Below are positions 1 to 12,678 of a DNA stretch of 44,575 nt, piece by piece. Source of the stretch: an uncultured Pseudomonadota bacterium (GTDB lineage: Bacteria > SAR324 > XYD2-FULL-50-16); assembly GCA_964562335.1 (NCBI GenBank), contig CAZLTI010000001.1:1-44575 (forward strand), given 5' to 3'. A program made the translations under genes and the position numbers. The notes below the pieces were generated by a model, which ran no database searches, was not told the DNA's origin, and saw only the letters and a list, made by a program, of their open reading frames with translations. Each line of letters starts with the position of its first letter. The stretch's first letter is position 1.

Positions 1-34
1 TGCTCAAAGTATCGCAAATTCAGTGCGGGAATGA
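1..34 (+). repeat. Dispersed 34-nt repeat, copy 1 (tgctcaaagtatcgcaaattcagtgcgggaatga); its left side may be cut by the window edge
   Basis: 31/34 identical and co-oriented with 5310..5343. It ends in a GGGAAT half-site like the ATTCCC/GGGAAT hairpin family at 5255..5274. Confidence 0.8.
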
Positions 35-78
35 CGGTTCTGGGACTTTTTACCGGTTCATCAATTTTGGGGGTTCCT

Positions 79-354
79 ATGTCCGAAAAAATCGATGTTG
101 GGAAGGTTGCCAAACTGGCGAAATTGCGACTGAAAGCGGAAGAGGAGAAGTACTTTGCAGAAAAATTTGAAAGTATTCTGCAATATTTCGGTTCCATTTC
201 CCAAGTGGACACCGAAAACGTGAAAACGGATAGGGACGAATCCCTGCAAATCGTCAGCCACACCGATATTCACGACAAGTCCCCGGTTGCACCGGAACAG
301 TTCTCCGACAACGTCGAAAACGGCTTCTTCAGAGTGCCGAAGGTCATCGAATAG
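79..354 (+). CDS. gatC: Asp/Glu-tRNA(Asn/Gln) amidotransferase subunit C
   Basis: About 91 aa. The pattern MSEKIDVGKVAKLAKLRLKAEEEKYFAEKFESILQYF..VDTENV is typical of GatC. The ORF-track start at 31 lies inside the repeat, so the ATG at 79 is preferred. Confidence 0.85.
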   Translation: MSEKIDVGKVAKLAKLRLKAEEEKYFAEKFESILQYFGSISQVDTENVKTDRDESLQIVSHTDIHDKSPVAPEQFSDNVENGFFRVPKVIE

Positions 355-371
355 GCGGCCGTAAGGGCTAC

Positions 372-3852
<3,481 letters not shown>

Positions 3853-3856
<4 letters not shown>

Positions 3857-4983
3857 TTGATGTCGATAGGCATCAATATGGTTTTGAAGTTCTTCCACTC
3901 CTCGCAGAAAATGGAAAGGGGCAATGTGGACTCGGACAGATTGATGAGAATATGGTCGTCCGGACTCGAATCGAAAGCGGTCAATGCCTCCAACAGAAAG
4001 CGAACGTTGAGAGCCGTCTTGATCTCTTTTCCCGTATAGTCGCAGGAGATTTCATTGTCGCTCTCGCCGGAATCCAGCTTCTCGCTCTGTAGACATAGTT
4101 TTCCCTCCCGGAACGTAAGCTTGACAAAGGCGTGAGGCTTCTCTTCCGTCATTATACCGATAATCTTGATGGCGTTGACAAACTCCTCTTTGGGTATTTT
4201 TAGCGTTATTTCTCCAACACTGTCGGTCAGAGAGTTCAAATTTGGGAAGTCCGCTTCGATAAGCCTTGTTTTGAATTTGACAAACTGGGAGGTTACCTGA
4301 AACTCGTTTTCGTCGAATCCAATCTCTACGTCTTCCTTTTTGACGGCTAGAATTTTCCGTATGTCGGTTAGGCTGCCTTTTGGTATGATGATATTTCCCT
4401 TTGCTTCCGTCTCCCGCTCCAGTTCCGTGAAAAACTGGCTGATGCGAAATCCGTCGGCACCGATCCATCGAATTTTTTTGCCGTCTACCTTTTGAAGATT
4501 CAATCCCATCAGGTTTTTTCTTGCCTCGTTCTCTCCGATGGTGAAGAAGGTACGGTCGATCGCCATTTTTAGGGCATCGCCGGAAATCGATATCCGATTG
4601 GGCAATTTTTCGAATTCTATGACTGGGAACAGTCCCGAATCGACACTGGGGAGTTTTACCGTCGAACGTCCGCAGACCAAAAAGACCCAATTTTGCGGCG
4701 TCGAACTGATTTGAATCTCCGGTTCCCTGAACTCTCTGACCAAATTGAACAGCCGAGCCGTATTCAGGCAAAGTCTTCCCGGCTTGATGACGTTTGCTTT
4801 GAAGTTTCCCAGAAAGGATTTGTCGTAGTTTGTCGCCCTGATTCTGAAGTAGTCCTCTCCGTCTATCCGATTGGTTTCCAAAAGAGCGTTGTCGATGATC
4901 GGAGCCGTACTCGATTTTGGCGAAATGGAGACGATCAGCTGCAACGCTTCCAAGAAAACATCTCTTTCGATTGTTATTTCCAT
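3853..4983 (-). CDS. dnaN: DNA polymerase III beta sliding clamp
   Basis: 376 aa, the typical three-domain clamp length, immediately downstream of dnaA and upstream of recF. Confidence 0.93.
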
Positions 4984-5209
4984 AGTAGCAGTAGGTTCTT
5001 TGCAAACATTTGGCGAATTGCCATTGCAATGAAATTTTACGCAATAGGCGGATTCCGGAAATCTCCGCAGCGGATAGAAACTGTTGCGTTTTGAAGCGAA
5101 TGGAAGGCCGTTCGTTTCGAGTTGTGAAAAAGCATGCGGTTTTCAACAGGCAAATCGTTCGATGCGCACAGACGCGACACAGTGTTTTGGCGAAGCGGCA
5201 AAAAATCCC

Positions 5210-5274
5210 AAAACCGTCATTCCCGTGAAAACCGTCATTCCCGCGAAGACCGTCATTCCCGCGAAGGCGGGAAT
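5210..5274. repeat. Three tandem 18-bp units (aaaaccgtcattcccgYg) ending in the hairpin ATTCCC-gcgaaggc-GGGAAT
   Basis: Units at 5210-5227, 5228-5245 and 5246-5263, read directly. The terminal inverted repeat is at 5255..5274. It translates as the RGNDG / VIPAK pseudo-peptides seen in the spurious ORFs 4052..5284 and 5084..5335. Confidence 0.85.
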
Positions 5275-5309
5275 CTATAATCAACTGGTTTTATTGGATT
5301 CCCGTTCTT

Positions 5310-5343
5310 TGCTCAATGTATCGCAAATTCAGTAAGGGAATGA
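5310..5343 (+). repeat. Dispersed 34-nt repeat, copy 2 (tgctcaatgtatcgcaaattcagtaagggaatga)
   Basis: 31/34 identical to 1..34. An ATTCCC at 5298-5303 precedes it, so the unit is bracketed by ATTCCC...GGGAAT. Confidence 0.8.
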
Positions 5344-5356
5344 AAGTGCGTGCAAT

Positions 5357-6706
5357 TCAAGACAATTCCTTCAAAATCGTGCCGATTGTCTGTTTTATTT
5401 CCGGGTCGACTTCGATCCATTCTTTGGTTTTCTTGTAGGCCTGCAGCACCGTAGTATGGTTCTTTCCCCCGAAATGCCTGGCGATAACGGGATAGGAGAG
5501 TCCCGTGATCTCCCTTGATATGTACATGGCGATCTGCCGGGACTTGGAAATCTCCTTGTCTCTGCGGTCGGACAGAATATCGGATACTTTCACCTCGAAT
5601 TTTTTGCTGACCGCTTTGATGGCATTTTCGATCGTTTTGGGATTTCGCTCTATGTCCAGCACCTCTTTCAGTTTTCTTTTCGTCAGTTCGAGCGTAATTT
5701 CCTGGTTCATCAAAGACCAGCTGGCCTCCAACTGAACCAGTATTCCCAAGATGTCGCGAACGTTGTTTTTGACCGACGTTGCAATCAACGTGACGATCTC
5801 CTTTTGAAGGGGGAGTTCCATTTTCTCCACCCTACTTCTGATAATTGCGACTCTTGTCTCGAAATCGGGCCTTTCGATTCTGGCGACCATGCCGGAATTG
5901 AAACGGTTGACCAGCCTCTCCTCCAGATTCTTGATTTCTCTTGGATATCGGTCTGCCGTTAGAATGATCTGCTTTCGGTTTTGGATCAGTTCGTTGAAAA
6001 TGTGAAAGAACTCCTCCTGCGTACTTTCCTTATTTTCCAGGAATTGGATGTCGTCGACCAACAGAAGATCCACGGTGCGATACTTGTCCCGTACCTGCTG
6101 GCCCTTTCTGAATCTGATGCCGTTGATAACCTCGTTCGTAAACTCCTCGGAATTGGTATAGCGGATTTTTAGATGGGAAGAGGTCCGATGGGCTCTATTG
6201 CCGACGGCTTGAACCAGGTGCGTTTTTCCCAGGCCGACGTCGCCGCAGATGAAAAGCGGATTGTACTTGTTTTCCAAAACGTTGTCGCTAACCGCCTGTG
6301 CGGCCGCGTATGCTATGTTGCTGTTGCTTCCGTTGACGAAACTTCGAAAGTTGAGTTGGGGGTTGAGGCCGTTTTCGACGTTTCTCTCCCTGATCTCTCC
6401 TTCCGGCGGGGTTGTTGGCAGTTTGTCGTCCGGTTTCTTCTCTATTTGCAGGATGAGTTGAAAGTCCCCGTTCAGACCGGAGTCGGCGAAGACGTTTTCG
6501 ATATGGTCGTGAATCAGTTGATGGTGATGATCCTTAATCCAGTTGCAGAAAAATCGGTTGACTCCCCCTATTACCACTCGATCCGGTTGGATACTGACGA
6601 GCGTCAGTTTGTTCACCCACGCTTCGATTTCATCCGCTTCGAGAACGTTCGTCAGCAGCTCTATAACCCTGTTCCAGTTGTCTTTCCGATCGTTCGGTTT
6701 TATCAT
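5357..6706 (-). CDS. dnaA: Chromosomal replication initiator DnaA
   Basis: Walker A GDVGLGKTHLVQAVGN, Walker B LLLVDDIQFL, and C-terminal DNA-binding helix RQIAMYISREITGLSYPVIARHFGGKNHTTVLQAYKK. Confidence 0.97.
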   Translation of the reverse strand: MIKPNDRKDNWNRVIELLTNVLEADEIEAWVNKLTLVSIQPDRVVIGGVNRFFCNWIKDHHHQLIHDHIENVFADSGLNGDFQLILQIEKKPDDKLPTTPPEGEIRERNVENGLNPQLNFRSFVNGSNSNIAYAAAQAVSDNVLENKYNPLFICGDVGLGKTHLVQAVGNRAHRTSSHLKIRYTNSEEFTNEVINGIRFRKGQQVRDKYRTVDLLLVDDIQFLENKESTQEEFFHIFNELIQNRKQIILTADRYPREIKNLEERLVNRFNSGMVARIERPDFETRVAIIRSRVEKMELPLQKEIVTLIATSVKNNVRDILGILVQLEASWSLMNQEITLELTKRKLKEVLDIERNPKTIENAIKAVSKKFEVKVSDILSDRRDKEISKSRQIAMYISREITGLSYPVIARHFGGKNHTTVLQAYKKTKEWIEVDPEIKQTIGTILKELS

Positions 6707-6884
6707 TAAAGTTTTAGTTAATTCAATTCGTTAAGTCGTTCCATTGTACTTAATTGCCAAATGAGTTAAGACTACCGCAATCGATAGGATAAGTTAAGTG
6801 GCGAATTGAAAAATATCGTATCGAAAACGATCGTCCGAATTGTCTTCGCCAAAAGGACGCATATTCGGAAATGCAGGATAGTCA

Positions 6885-7316
6885 ATGACCGAAAACGAAA
6901 CCGTCGATTTTTTTGCCGGTTTGTATCCGGAGCGGCTGATGGGAAAGTCCGTCGGACTTGTCGGAAGCTTGGGATGCGGGAAGACGCATCTTGTGCGTTC
7001 CATCTTGATTCGGCTCTCGTCCGAGTTCGGATGGCAGATTGGCAGCCCGACGTACAATCTGTGCAATGTCTACCAAGCGGACGGAACAAGGGTGTATCAT
7101 TTCGATTTGTATCGTATCGAGTCGGAGAGGGAGCTGTACGACATCGGAATTTGGGATAGCATGGAGGAGAAGGACGCCCTGACTTTCATAGAGTGGGTCG
7201 ATTTGGTCCCGAAATTGAGGAGTCGGTGCGACTTGGTGGTAAGGATAGACGATTCGGATTGGACCGATCGGGAATATGGGATATCCGCAAAGGAAACGGC
7301 AGCCGGAGAAAAATGA
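6885..7316 (+). CDS. tsaE: tRNA t6A37 biosynthesis ATPase TsaE (YjeE)
   Basis: GSLGCGKTHLVR P-loop, SPTYNL and HFDLYR motifs. About 143 aa. Confidence 0.85.
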   Translation: MTENETVDFFAGLYPERLMGKSVGLVGSLGCGKTHLVRSILIRLSSEFGWQIGSPTYNLCNVYQADGTRVYHFDLYRIESERELYDIGIWDSMEEKDALTFIEWVDLVPKLRSRCDLVVRIDDSDWTDREYGISAKETAAGEK

Positions 7317-7888
7317 TGAAAATAGGAAGCTTGCTGATCGTTACGGGAAATTCCGGCAAAGCGGAAGAGTTGAAAGAGCTGTTGGCCGTTAGCAGCATTT
7401 CGATCGATTATAGGGATCTCTCTTTATTGGAAATGCAAAGTTTGAATATCAAGGAGATAGGCCGACGCAAAACGGCTTCCGCTTTGCGCCACAGGGAGGA
7501 GATCGCAGGCTACGACGCAGTTTTGACGGACGATACCGGTTTGATGTGTCGGTCGCTTAGCGGTCTTCCCGGTCCTTTGATCAAGTGGTTTTTGCAGACC
7601 GTAGGTACCGAAGGGTTGCTCGATATGCTAAAGGGCAAGGATCCGTCGGCTGTGGCTACCTGTCTGCTTACTTTGGGTATGGTCGAGGAGGGCTCGATAC
7701 ATCAGTTCGAAGGAAATGTGCCGGGGAGGCTTGTCGATGCGAAAGGAGCGCGCGGATTCGGTTGGGATTCGATCTTTCTGCCGGACGGATGTCGGACGAC
7801 ATACGGCGAAATGGATTCCAAAACAAAAAACGAAACAAGCCATCGTGCCCAAGCTGCCGCATATTTACGGAAGTGGCTGATCTCCTAA
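7313..7888 (+). CDS. rdgB: Non-canonical purine NTP pyrophosphatase (ITPase, HAM1/RdgB family)
   Basis: TGNSGKAEEL, GLPGPLIKWFL, FGWDSIFLP..TYGEM, and KNETSHRAQA. The ATG at 7313 overlaps the tsaE stop. Confidence 0.85.
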   Translation: MMKIGSLLIVTGNSGKAEELKELLAVSSISIDYRDLSLLEMQSLNIKEIGRRKTASALRHREEIAGYDAVLTDDTGLMCRSLSGLPGPLIKWFLQTVGTEGLLDMLKGKDPSAVATCLLTLGMVEEGSIHQFEGNVPGRLVDAKGARGFGWDSIFLPDGCRTTYGEMDSKTKNETSHRAQAAAYLRKWLIS

Positions 7889-7905
7889 AGACCGCTTCGT
7901 CCGAT

Positions 7906-8412
7906 TCAGGAAAAGTCCAGCGTCTTTTCGTAGTGACTCTCGATCATGTCTGCTACGGACGGCAGTACGTAGGGTCTGATGCTCTCCTGCACCTTTGCAA
8001 TTTGTCTCACCAAATTCGAACTGACCATAACCAGCTTCGAATCCGCCATAAAACAGATCGTTTCGATGGAGTCGTTCATGCCTCGGTATGCTGTGGACAG
8101 ATCCATCTCCAGTTGCAGGTCGTTGGTATTTCTGATTCCGCGAATGATGAATTTGGCCTCTTTTTTGGTGGCGTAATGAACCATGGAGCCCTGTACGCGG
8201 TCGACGGTTACGTTTTTTAACTTGTAATGGCGAACGTATTCCATCATCATTTCCAGTTGCAGTGGGACCGGAAAGTCGACTTTTTTGTCGGGATTGATGG
8301 CGGCGACCCAATACAGCCGTTTGAAACAGTAGGAGGCGCGCCTCATGATATCCGCATGTCCCAGGGTTGGCGGATTGGCGCTGATTGGGTATACTCCGAT
8401 GGAATGTATCAT
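7906..8412 (-). CDS. coaD: Phosphopantetheine adenylyltransferase (divergent N-terminal motif)
   Basis: 168 aa. TLGHADIMRRA (TxGH), IIRGIRNTNDLQLEMDL, ETICFMA and VSSNLVRQIA match the CoaD layout. Confidence 0.8.
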   Translation of the reverse strand: MIHSIGVYPISANPPTLGHADIMRRASYCFKRLYWVAAINPDKKVDFPVPLQLEMMMEYVRHYKLKNVTVDRVQGSMVHYATKKEAKFIIRGIRNTNDLQLEMDLSTAYRGMNDSIETICFMADSKLVMVSSNLVRQIAKVQESIRPYVLPSVADMIESHYEKTLDFS

Positions 8413-8415
8413 AAT

Positions 8416-8742
8416 TTAGGATTCTCTATGGGGTCTTGGAGCCTTTTGCTCGAATAGTTGGCAGAAGGTGCCCGAGGCGTTGTATACTACGGTGGAAGGC
8501 ACAGTCGCCGATTTGAAATTCCACTTTCTGCATCCGTATGGATAGCTCTTTTCCCAAGTCACGAAATAGTGACGGCACTGTAGGCATCTTGGTTGCTCCT
8601 TTGCGTTCATGAAAGGTTTTTTCGATGGTATATTCGGGAGAAGACTGTCGTGGAATGCATGGAGCCGTAGGGATGGCGTAGAGTAGAACAAAGTCGTTGC
8701 GAAAACAAAGAGTAAAAGAAATTTTTCCAACGGCTCCTTCAT
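8416..8742 (-). CDS. Small Cys-rich conserved hypothetical protein (CxxC..YGC core)
   Basis: Core CLQCRHYFVTWEKSYPYGCRKWNFKSATVPSTVVYNASGTFCQLFE. The long form has a hydrophobic N-terminus. The alternative start at Met45 (8610) gives 64 aa. Confidence 0.5.
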   Translation of the reverse strand: MKEPLEKFLLLFVFATTLFYSTPSLRLHAFHDSLLPNIPSKKPFMNAKEQPRCLQCRHYFVTWEKSYPYGCRKWNFKSATVPSTVVYNASGTFCQLFEQKAPRPHRES

Positions 8743-8844
8743 GTTTTTCCGAGGCTTCTTGGTATCCTATTGATATAGTGTGGAAAAAATATAGCATGGA
8801 ACAGGGCGGACATTTGCATGCCCGCCGGTTTTTTGGAGGAGAAC

Positions 8845-9819
8845 ATGTCGCTGTTTGAAACTGTCAGGCTGGGTAGCAGACGAGCCAAAAATCGAATTCT
8901 CGTACCTCCCTATCACGATGACATCGCCCAAAAGGACGGAAGAGTCTCCCACGCCATCTACGAACATTCGATGCGCCTCGTAAGGGAGGGTGCCGGCGTT
9001 GTGGTTTTCAACTCCTCGTACGTTACGAGACAGGGGAGGGCAACGCCGTTTCAGCTTGGAATTGCGGAAGAGGAGCACCTTGCCGGTCTGAAGAATTTGG
9101 TTTCCCACATCAATACCGAAGGGGCTATTGCAGGCATTCGACTCTCCCACGCCGGGGCCAAAACTTCGGAAAAGGTGTGCGGGGAGCAGCCCATCAGTCC
9201 GTCGTCCATAAATTTCGGCAAGGATTTCGATCTGAGTCGTCCGTTCGACGAGGACGACGTGGAGGAACTCTGCCTTTTTTATTCGCATGCGATCGAACGG
9301 GCGGAAGAGGCCGGATTCGATTTTGTCGAATTGAACGGTGCCCACCAGCAGTTGCTGGACCAGTGTCTACATTCGCGATACAACAATCGGGAAGACCGGT
9401 TCGGCGGAAAGCTGGAAAACCGGCTCCGCCTGGCCTCCCTGCTCGTCAAGGCAATGAAGGAACGGGTAAAGTCCAGGCTGATGGTGGGGTACTTCTTCTC
9501 CATTCACGACAAGCTGGAAGACGGATTTAATGCGAATCATCTGAAATCGATGATCAAAATATTGGAGAATGCCGGGGTCGATATATTCCATCCCATTACA
9601 ATCCATGTGATGAACAAGTTTTTCGATAGCGAAGAGACTCTGTTGGAGTGGGTCTCCAAATTTACCGACAAACACATCATCGTCGAGGGGAACATTAAGT
9701 CGACGCAGGTTTTGAAGGAGGTTCTGGCTATCGACAAATCGACTCTATACGGCATTGACAAGGCTCTGTTTGCGCGACCCAATTGGTATCAGTTTTTGCA
9801 GAAGAAGATCGCCGGATAG
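8845..9819 (+). CDS. NADH:flavin oxidoreductase, Old Yellow Enzyme family
   Basis: RLSHAGAKT and FVELNGAHQQLLDQCLHSRYNNREDRFGGKLENRLR match the OYE TIM-barrel signature region. A GGAGGA RBS sits 5 nt upstream of the ATG at 8845. Confidence 0.8.
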   Translation: MSLFETVRLGSRRAKNRILVPPYHDDIAQKDGRVSHAIYEHSMRLVREGAGVVVFNSSYVTRQGRATPFQLGIAEEEHLAGLKNLVSHINTEGAIAGIRLSHAGAKTSEKVCGEQPISPSSINFGKDFDLSRPFDEDDVEELCLFYSHAIERAEEAGFDFVELNGAHQQLLDQCLHSRYNNREDRFGGKLENRLRLASLLVKAMKERVKSRLMVGYFFSIHDKLEDGFNANHLKSMIKILENAGVDIFHPITIHVMNKFFDSEETLLEWVSKFTDKHIIVEGNIKSTQVLKEVLAIDKSTLYGIDKALFARPNWYQFLQKKIAG

Positions 9820-9866
9820 CTTCGGCAATTCCACATAGCACCGGGAGCCGTTTTCAACCGACCGTA

Positions 9867-11876
9867 ATGCTCCACCACTACTGCCTTTTCTATAAAAACG
9901 ACAAACTCCACTTCGGCTGGATTCGGGAGGTCCGGAACAACAGACTGATCGTCGTTCCGATACAGGGCAAGGAATTCGGCTGCTCCTCCAAACAAACCGA
10001 GTACATCTGGGAAGGCAGGACTCTAAACGAATCGAAGGAGGCCATCTCCTATCTTGCGCACGAAGCGGGCCGTGCCGTGCGGGAAGCCTCGCATCTGGAC
10101 GTTCCTACCATGCACGAGTTGTGCGAAGCGGGCCGCGGATACACGATCGACGACCTGGCGGAGGATTTTTTGGGCAGTCGGAGCGACGGGTGGTCGAAAG
10201 CGGCGCTGTTGCTGGCACTGAAGGATCACGGCATTCTATTCCAACGGAAAAGGTTCCTGTACTATGCGAGAACTCGGGAGGAGATCGAGAAGATAGAGGA
10301 GCAGGAAAAAAGGCGTCGGGAGAAGGAGAACCTTTTGGTTTTGGAGCGGGAATGGACCGACGCTCTATTGCAGGGGTGCCTTCCGGACGTGACGAAAGGG
10401 GAGGAAAAACTCTGGAAGCGGTTTTTGAATAGAATGGTCGATTTTGTCGTGCGCCTTGGACTTTCCGACGAGAAGGAGCATTTTTGCTCTCTGTTTCGCT
10501 GCAGTCTCAGGGAGCCGGAAGTGGTCGAACGGACGGCGATCGAATGTCTCAACGTAGCGCAGGTTCCCATTTCCTGGGGACGCGTGATGCTGAAACGCGC
10601 TTCCGTGGCGATCGGGTTCGAAGAGGGGGAAGTCGCTTCGTCGGAGGAGCTGGTCGGGAACGACATTTGGGAAACGCCTTTTGGTTTGGAAACAAGAGAC
10701 CATCGGGACAGGTCCGTCTTCACCGTCGACAATCCGGAAACGAAGGATTTCGACGATGCCTTGGGATGGGAGGAGAGGGATGAGGGAACGATTTTAAGAA
10801 TATACGTAGCGGACGTGGCTTCCCACATATCCTCCGGCAGTCCCCTGTTCGACAGTGCGGCAAAGAGAATCTCTTCTCTCTATACCGTCAAAGGGGTGTT
10901 GCCCATGCTGCCTCCGGTCCTGTCGGAAAACCTGTTTTCCTTGATCGAAGGTCGGGACCGTGCCGCCGTGACGTTCGAAGTCCGAATGGAGCGGGAGGGA
11001 GCGGAAAAGCTATCGGTGTATCGATCCGTGATCAATGTCGAAAGAAATTTGTCCTATCGGGAGGTCGATCGGCTGATTGCGGACGGAGAGGGAAGATGGC
11101 CGAATTTGTGGCAGTTTTGCCAGTCGCTTAAAGACGGAAGGATTGAAAACGGATGTCTGGATCTCGATCGTACGGAAGTCAAACTGGACATTTCCGATCC
11201 GGAGCATATTGCCATATCCGCCGTAAGAGAGAAGACGCCTGCCGCCGTAATGATCGAGGAGCTGGCGATTCATACCAACTATCTTGCCGCCCGATTCTGT
11301 CGGGAGCGCGAAGTTTCGGCCCTGTTTCGCAACCAGCCGCCTTATGGCGTTCACAAGGGACTGGAGGAGAGCGAAAAATTAAAACTGAAGGACATCGACA
11401 TTCAGCCGGCCTATATCGACCTTCGGGCGGACGGACATTCCGCTTTGGGACTGGAGTGCTATATGCAGGTCACATCGCCTATCAGAAGATTTTCGGATCT
11501 CGTCAATCAGACGATTCTCATGTCCGCCCTGACTGGCAGGGACTCCGGTTTCTCGAACGACGAACTTCGTCTATGGGCCAAAACTGTTGAAGCGACGCAA
11601 AGAGAACGCGCTCAATTGGAAAGGAGGTTGCTGGACTACTGGAAAATGAAATACCTGGCGCAAAACAGGGACAGGACCTACCGGGCGCAGCTCGTGAGGT
11701 ATCTGAGGAACGGCAAGGCGCTGGTAAACATAGTCGAAGTGCAGCTGAATACCGTAGCTCGATTCGACGGCCTGCAGGAGGAGGAAGAGATTTCGGTTCG
11801 CATCGAATCGATCAGGCCGGAATACAATCGAATCGCCTTGCGACGCTCCTCCTGCAGCGCGTCCGTCAGTTCCTGA
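9867..11876 (+). CDS. RNase II/R-family 3'-5' exoribonuclease (VacB-like)
   Basis: RNB-domain motifs DNPETKDFDDAL, IYVADVASH and VTSPIRRFSDLVNQ. The tail is S1-like. The start is chosen as the first ATG after the upstream gene's stop. Confidence 0.85.
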   Translation: MLHHYCLFYKNDKLHFGWIREVRNNRLIVVPIQGKEFGCSSKQTEYIWEGRTLNESKEAISYLAHEAGRAVREASHLDVPTMHELCEAGRGYTIDDLAEDFLGSRSDGWSKAALLLALKDHGILFQRKRFLYYARTREEIEKIEEQEKRRREKENLLVLEREWTDALLQGCLPDVTKGEEKLWKRFLNRMVDFVVRLGLSDEKEHFCSLFRCSLREPEVVERTAIECLNVAQVPISWGRVMLKRASVAIGFEEGEVASSEELVGNDIWETPFGLETRDHRDRSVFTVDNPETKDFDDALGWEERDEGTILRIYVADVASHISSGSPLFDSAAKRISSLYTVKGVLPMLPPVLSENLFSLIEGRDRAAVTFEVRMEREGAEKLSVYRSVINVERNLSYREVDRLIADGEGRWPNLWQFCQSLKDGRIENGCLDLDRTEVKLDISDPEHIAISAVREKTPAAVMIEELAIHTNYLAARFCREREVSALFRNQPPYGVHKGLEESEKLKLKDIDIQPAYIDLRADGHSALGLECYMQVTSPIRRFSDLVNQTILMSALTGRDSGFSNDELRLWAKTVEATQRERAQLERRLLDYWKMKYLAQNRDRTYRAQLVRYLRNGKALVNIVEVQLNTVARFDGLQEEEEISVRIESIRPEYNRIALRRSSCSASVSS

Positions 11877-12678
11877 GACCTCCCAACTCGATGGACCGGC
11901 GATGGGCGATTTTGTATCCCTCCACCATAATTTCCATCAGGCGGTTCTCTTTGTAGTATTTCATGGCAGCTTCCGTGGTCCCGCCGGGAGAGCTTACCTT
12001 GCGTCTCAACACTTCGGCGGAATCCTCCGATTTGTGCAGCAGATTGGCTGCTCCCAAAAGCGTTTGGTTTGCCAGGATGTCCGCTTCGTCCCGGTCGAAT
12101 CCCATTTCTACCGCACCATTTTTTAGGGACTCCGCCAGATAAAACAGATAGGCCGGCCCCGTACCGGAAATGGCTGTGGCCGCATCGACCTTTCTCTCGT
12201 CCTTTACCTGTAGAGCCACTCCCATGGCGGAGAAAATTCTCCCGGCAATTTGAAGAGACTCCTCGTTCACCTCCCTATGACCGCAAAAAACCGTCATCCC
12301 CAAAAGCATGGAGGCAGGAGTGTTGGGTATGGAGCGAATGATCTGGTTGGTTCCCAAAACGGAACTCATATCGCTGATGAGAATTCCGGCCATCAACGAA
12401 ACAATCAGAGAATTCCGATCGATTTTCGGTGCCATATCCTGCATCGCCTCCAGGGCGAATTGGGGTTTTACGGCAAGAATGACGGTTTGAAATTCGTGTT
12501 GGAATTTTTTGATGTCGTCCAGAACGAGGCAATTGTTCGAGGCGAAACTTTCGGTGTAGGCATTGGGCTGTTTTTCTATGATGATCAGCTCCTCTCCCGA
12601 ACAGATGCCTTTGTCCAGCAAAGCCGTAACAACGGCGGACCCCATATTCCCGCATCCGATAATGGCAATGGATTTCAT
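11866..12678 (-). CDS. proC: Pyrroline-5-carboxylate reductase
   Basis: Rossmann IAIIGCGNMGSAV, and the conserved SSPGGTTEAAM near the C-terminus. 270 aa. Confidence 0.9.
   Translation of the reverse strand: MKSIAIIGCGNMGSAVVTALLDKGICSGEELIIIEKQPNAYTESFASNNCLVLDDIKKFQHEFQTVILAVKPQFALEAMQDMAPKIDRNSLIVSLMAGILISDMSSVLGTNQIIRSIPNTPASMLLGMTVFCGHREVNEESLQIAGRIFSAMGVALQVKDERKVDAATAISGTGPAYLFYLAESLKNGAVEMGFDRDEADILANQTLLGAANLLHKSEDSAEVLRRKVSSPGGTTEAAMKYYKENRLMEIMVEGYKIAHRRSIELGGLRN

Noticed and set aside
4052-5284. A 410-aa minus-strand ORF spanning dnaN and the dnaA-dnaN spacer.
   Set aside because: It overlaps the well-supported dnaN gene in another frame. Its N-terminus (RGNDGLRGNDGFHGNDG) is just the translation of the tandem hairpin repeat, and the rest is R/G/Q-rich low complexity.
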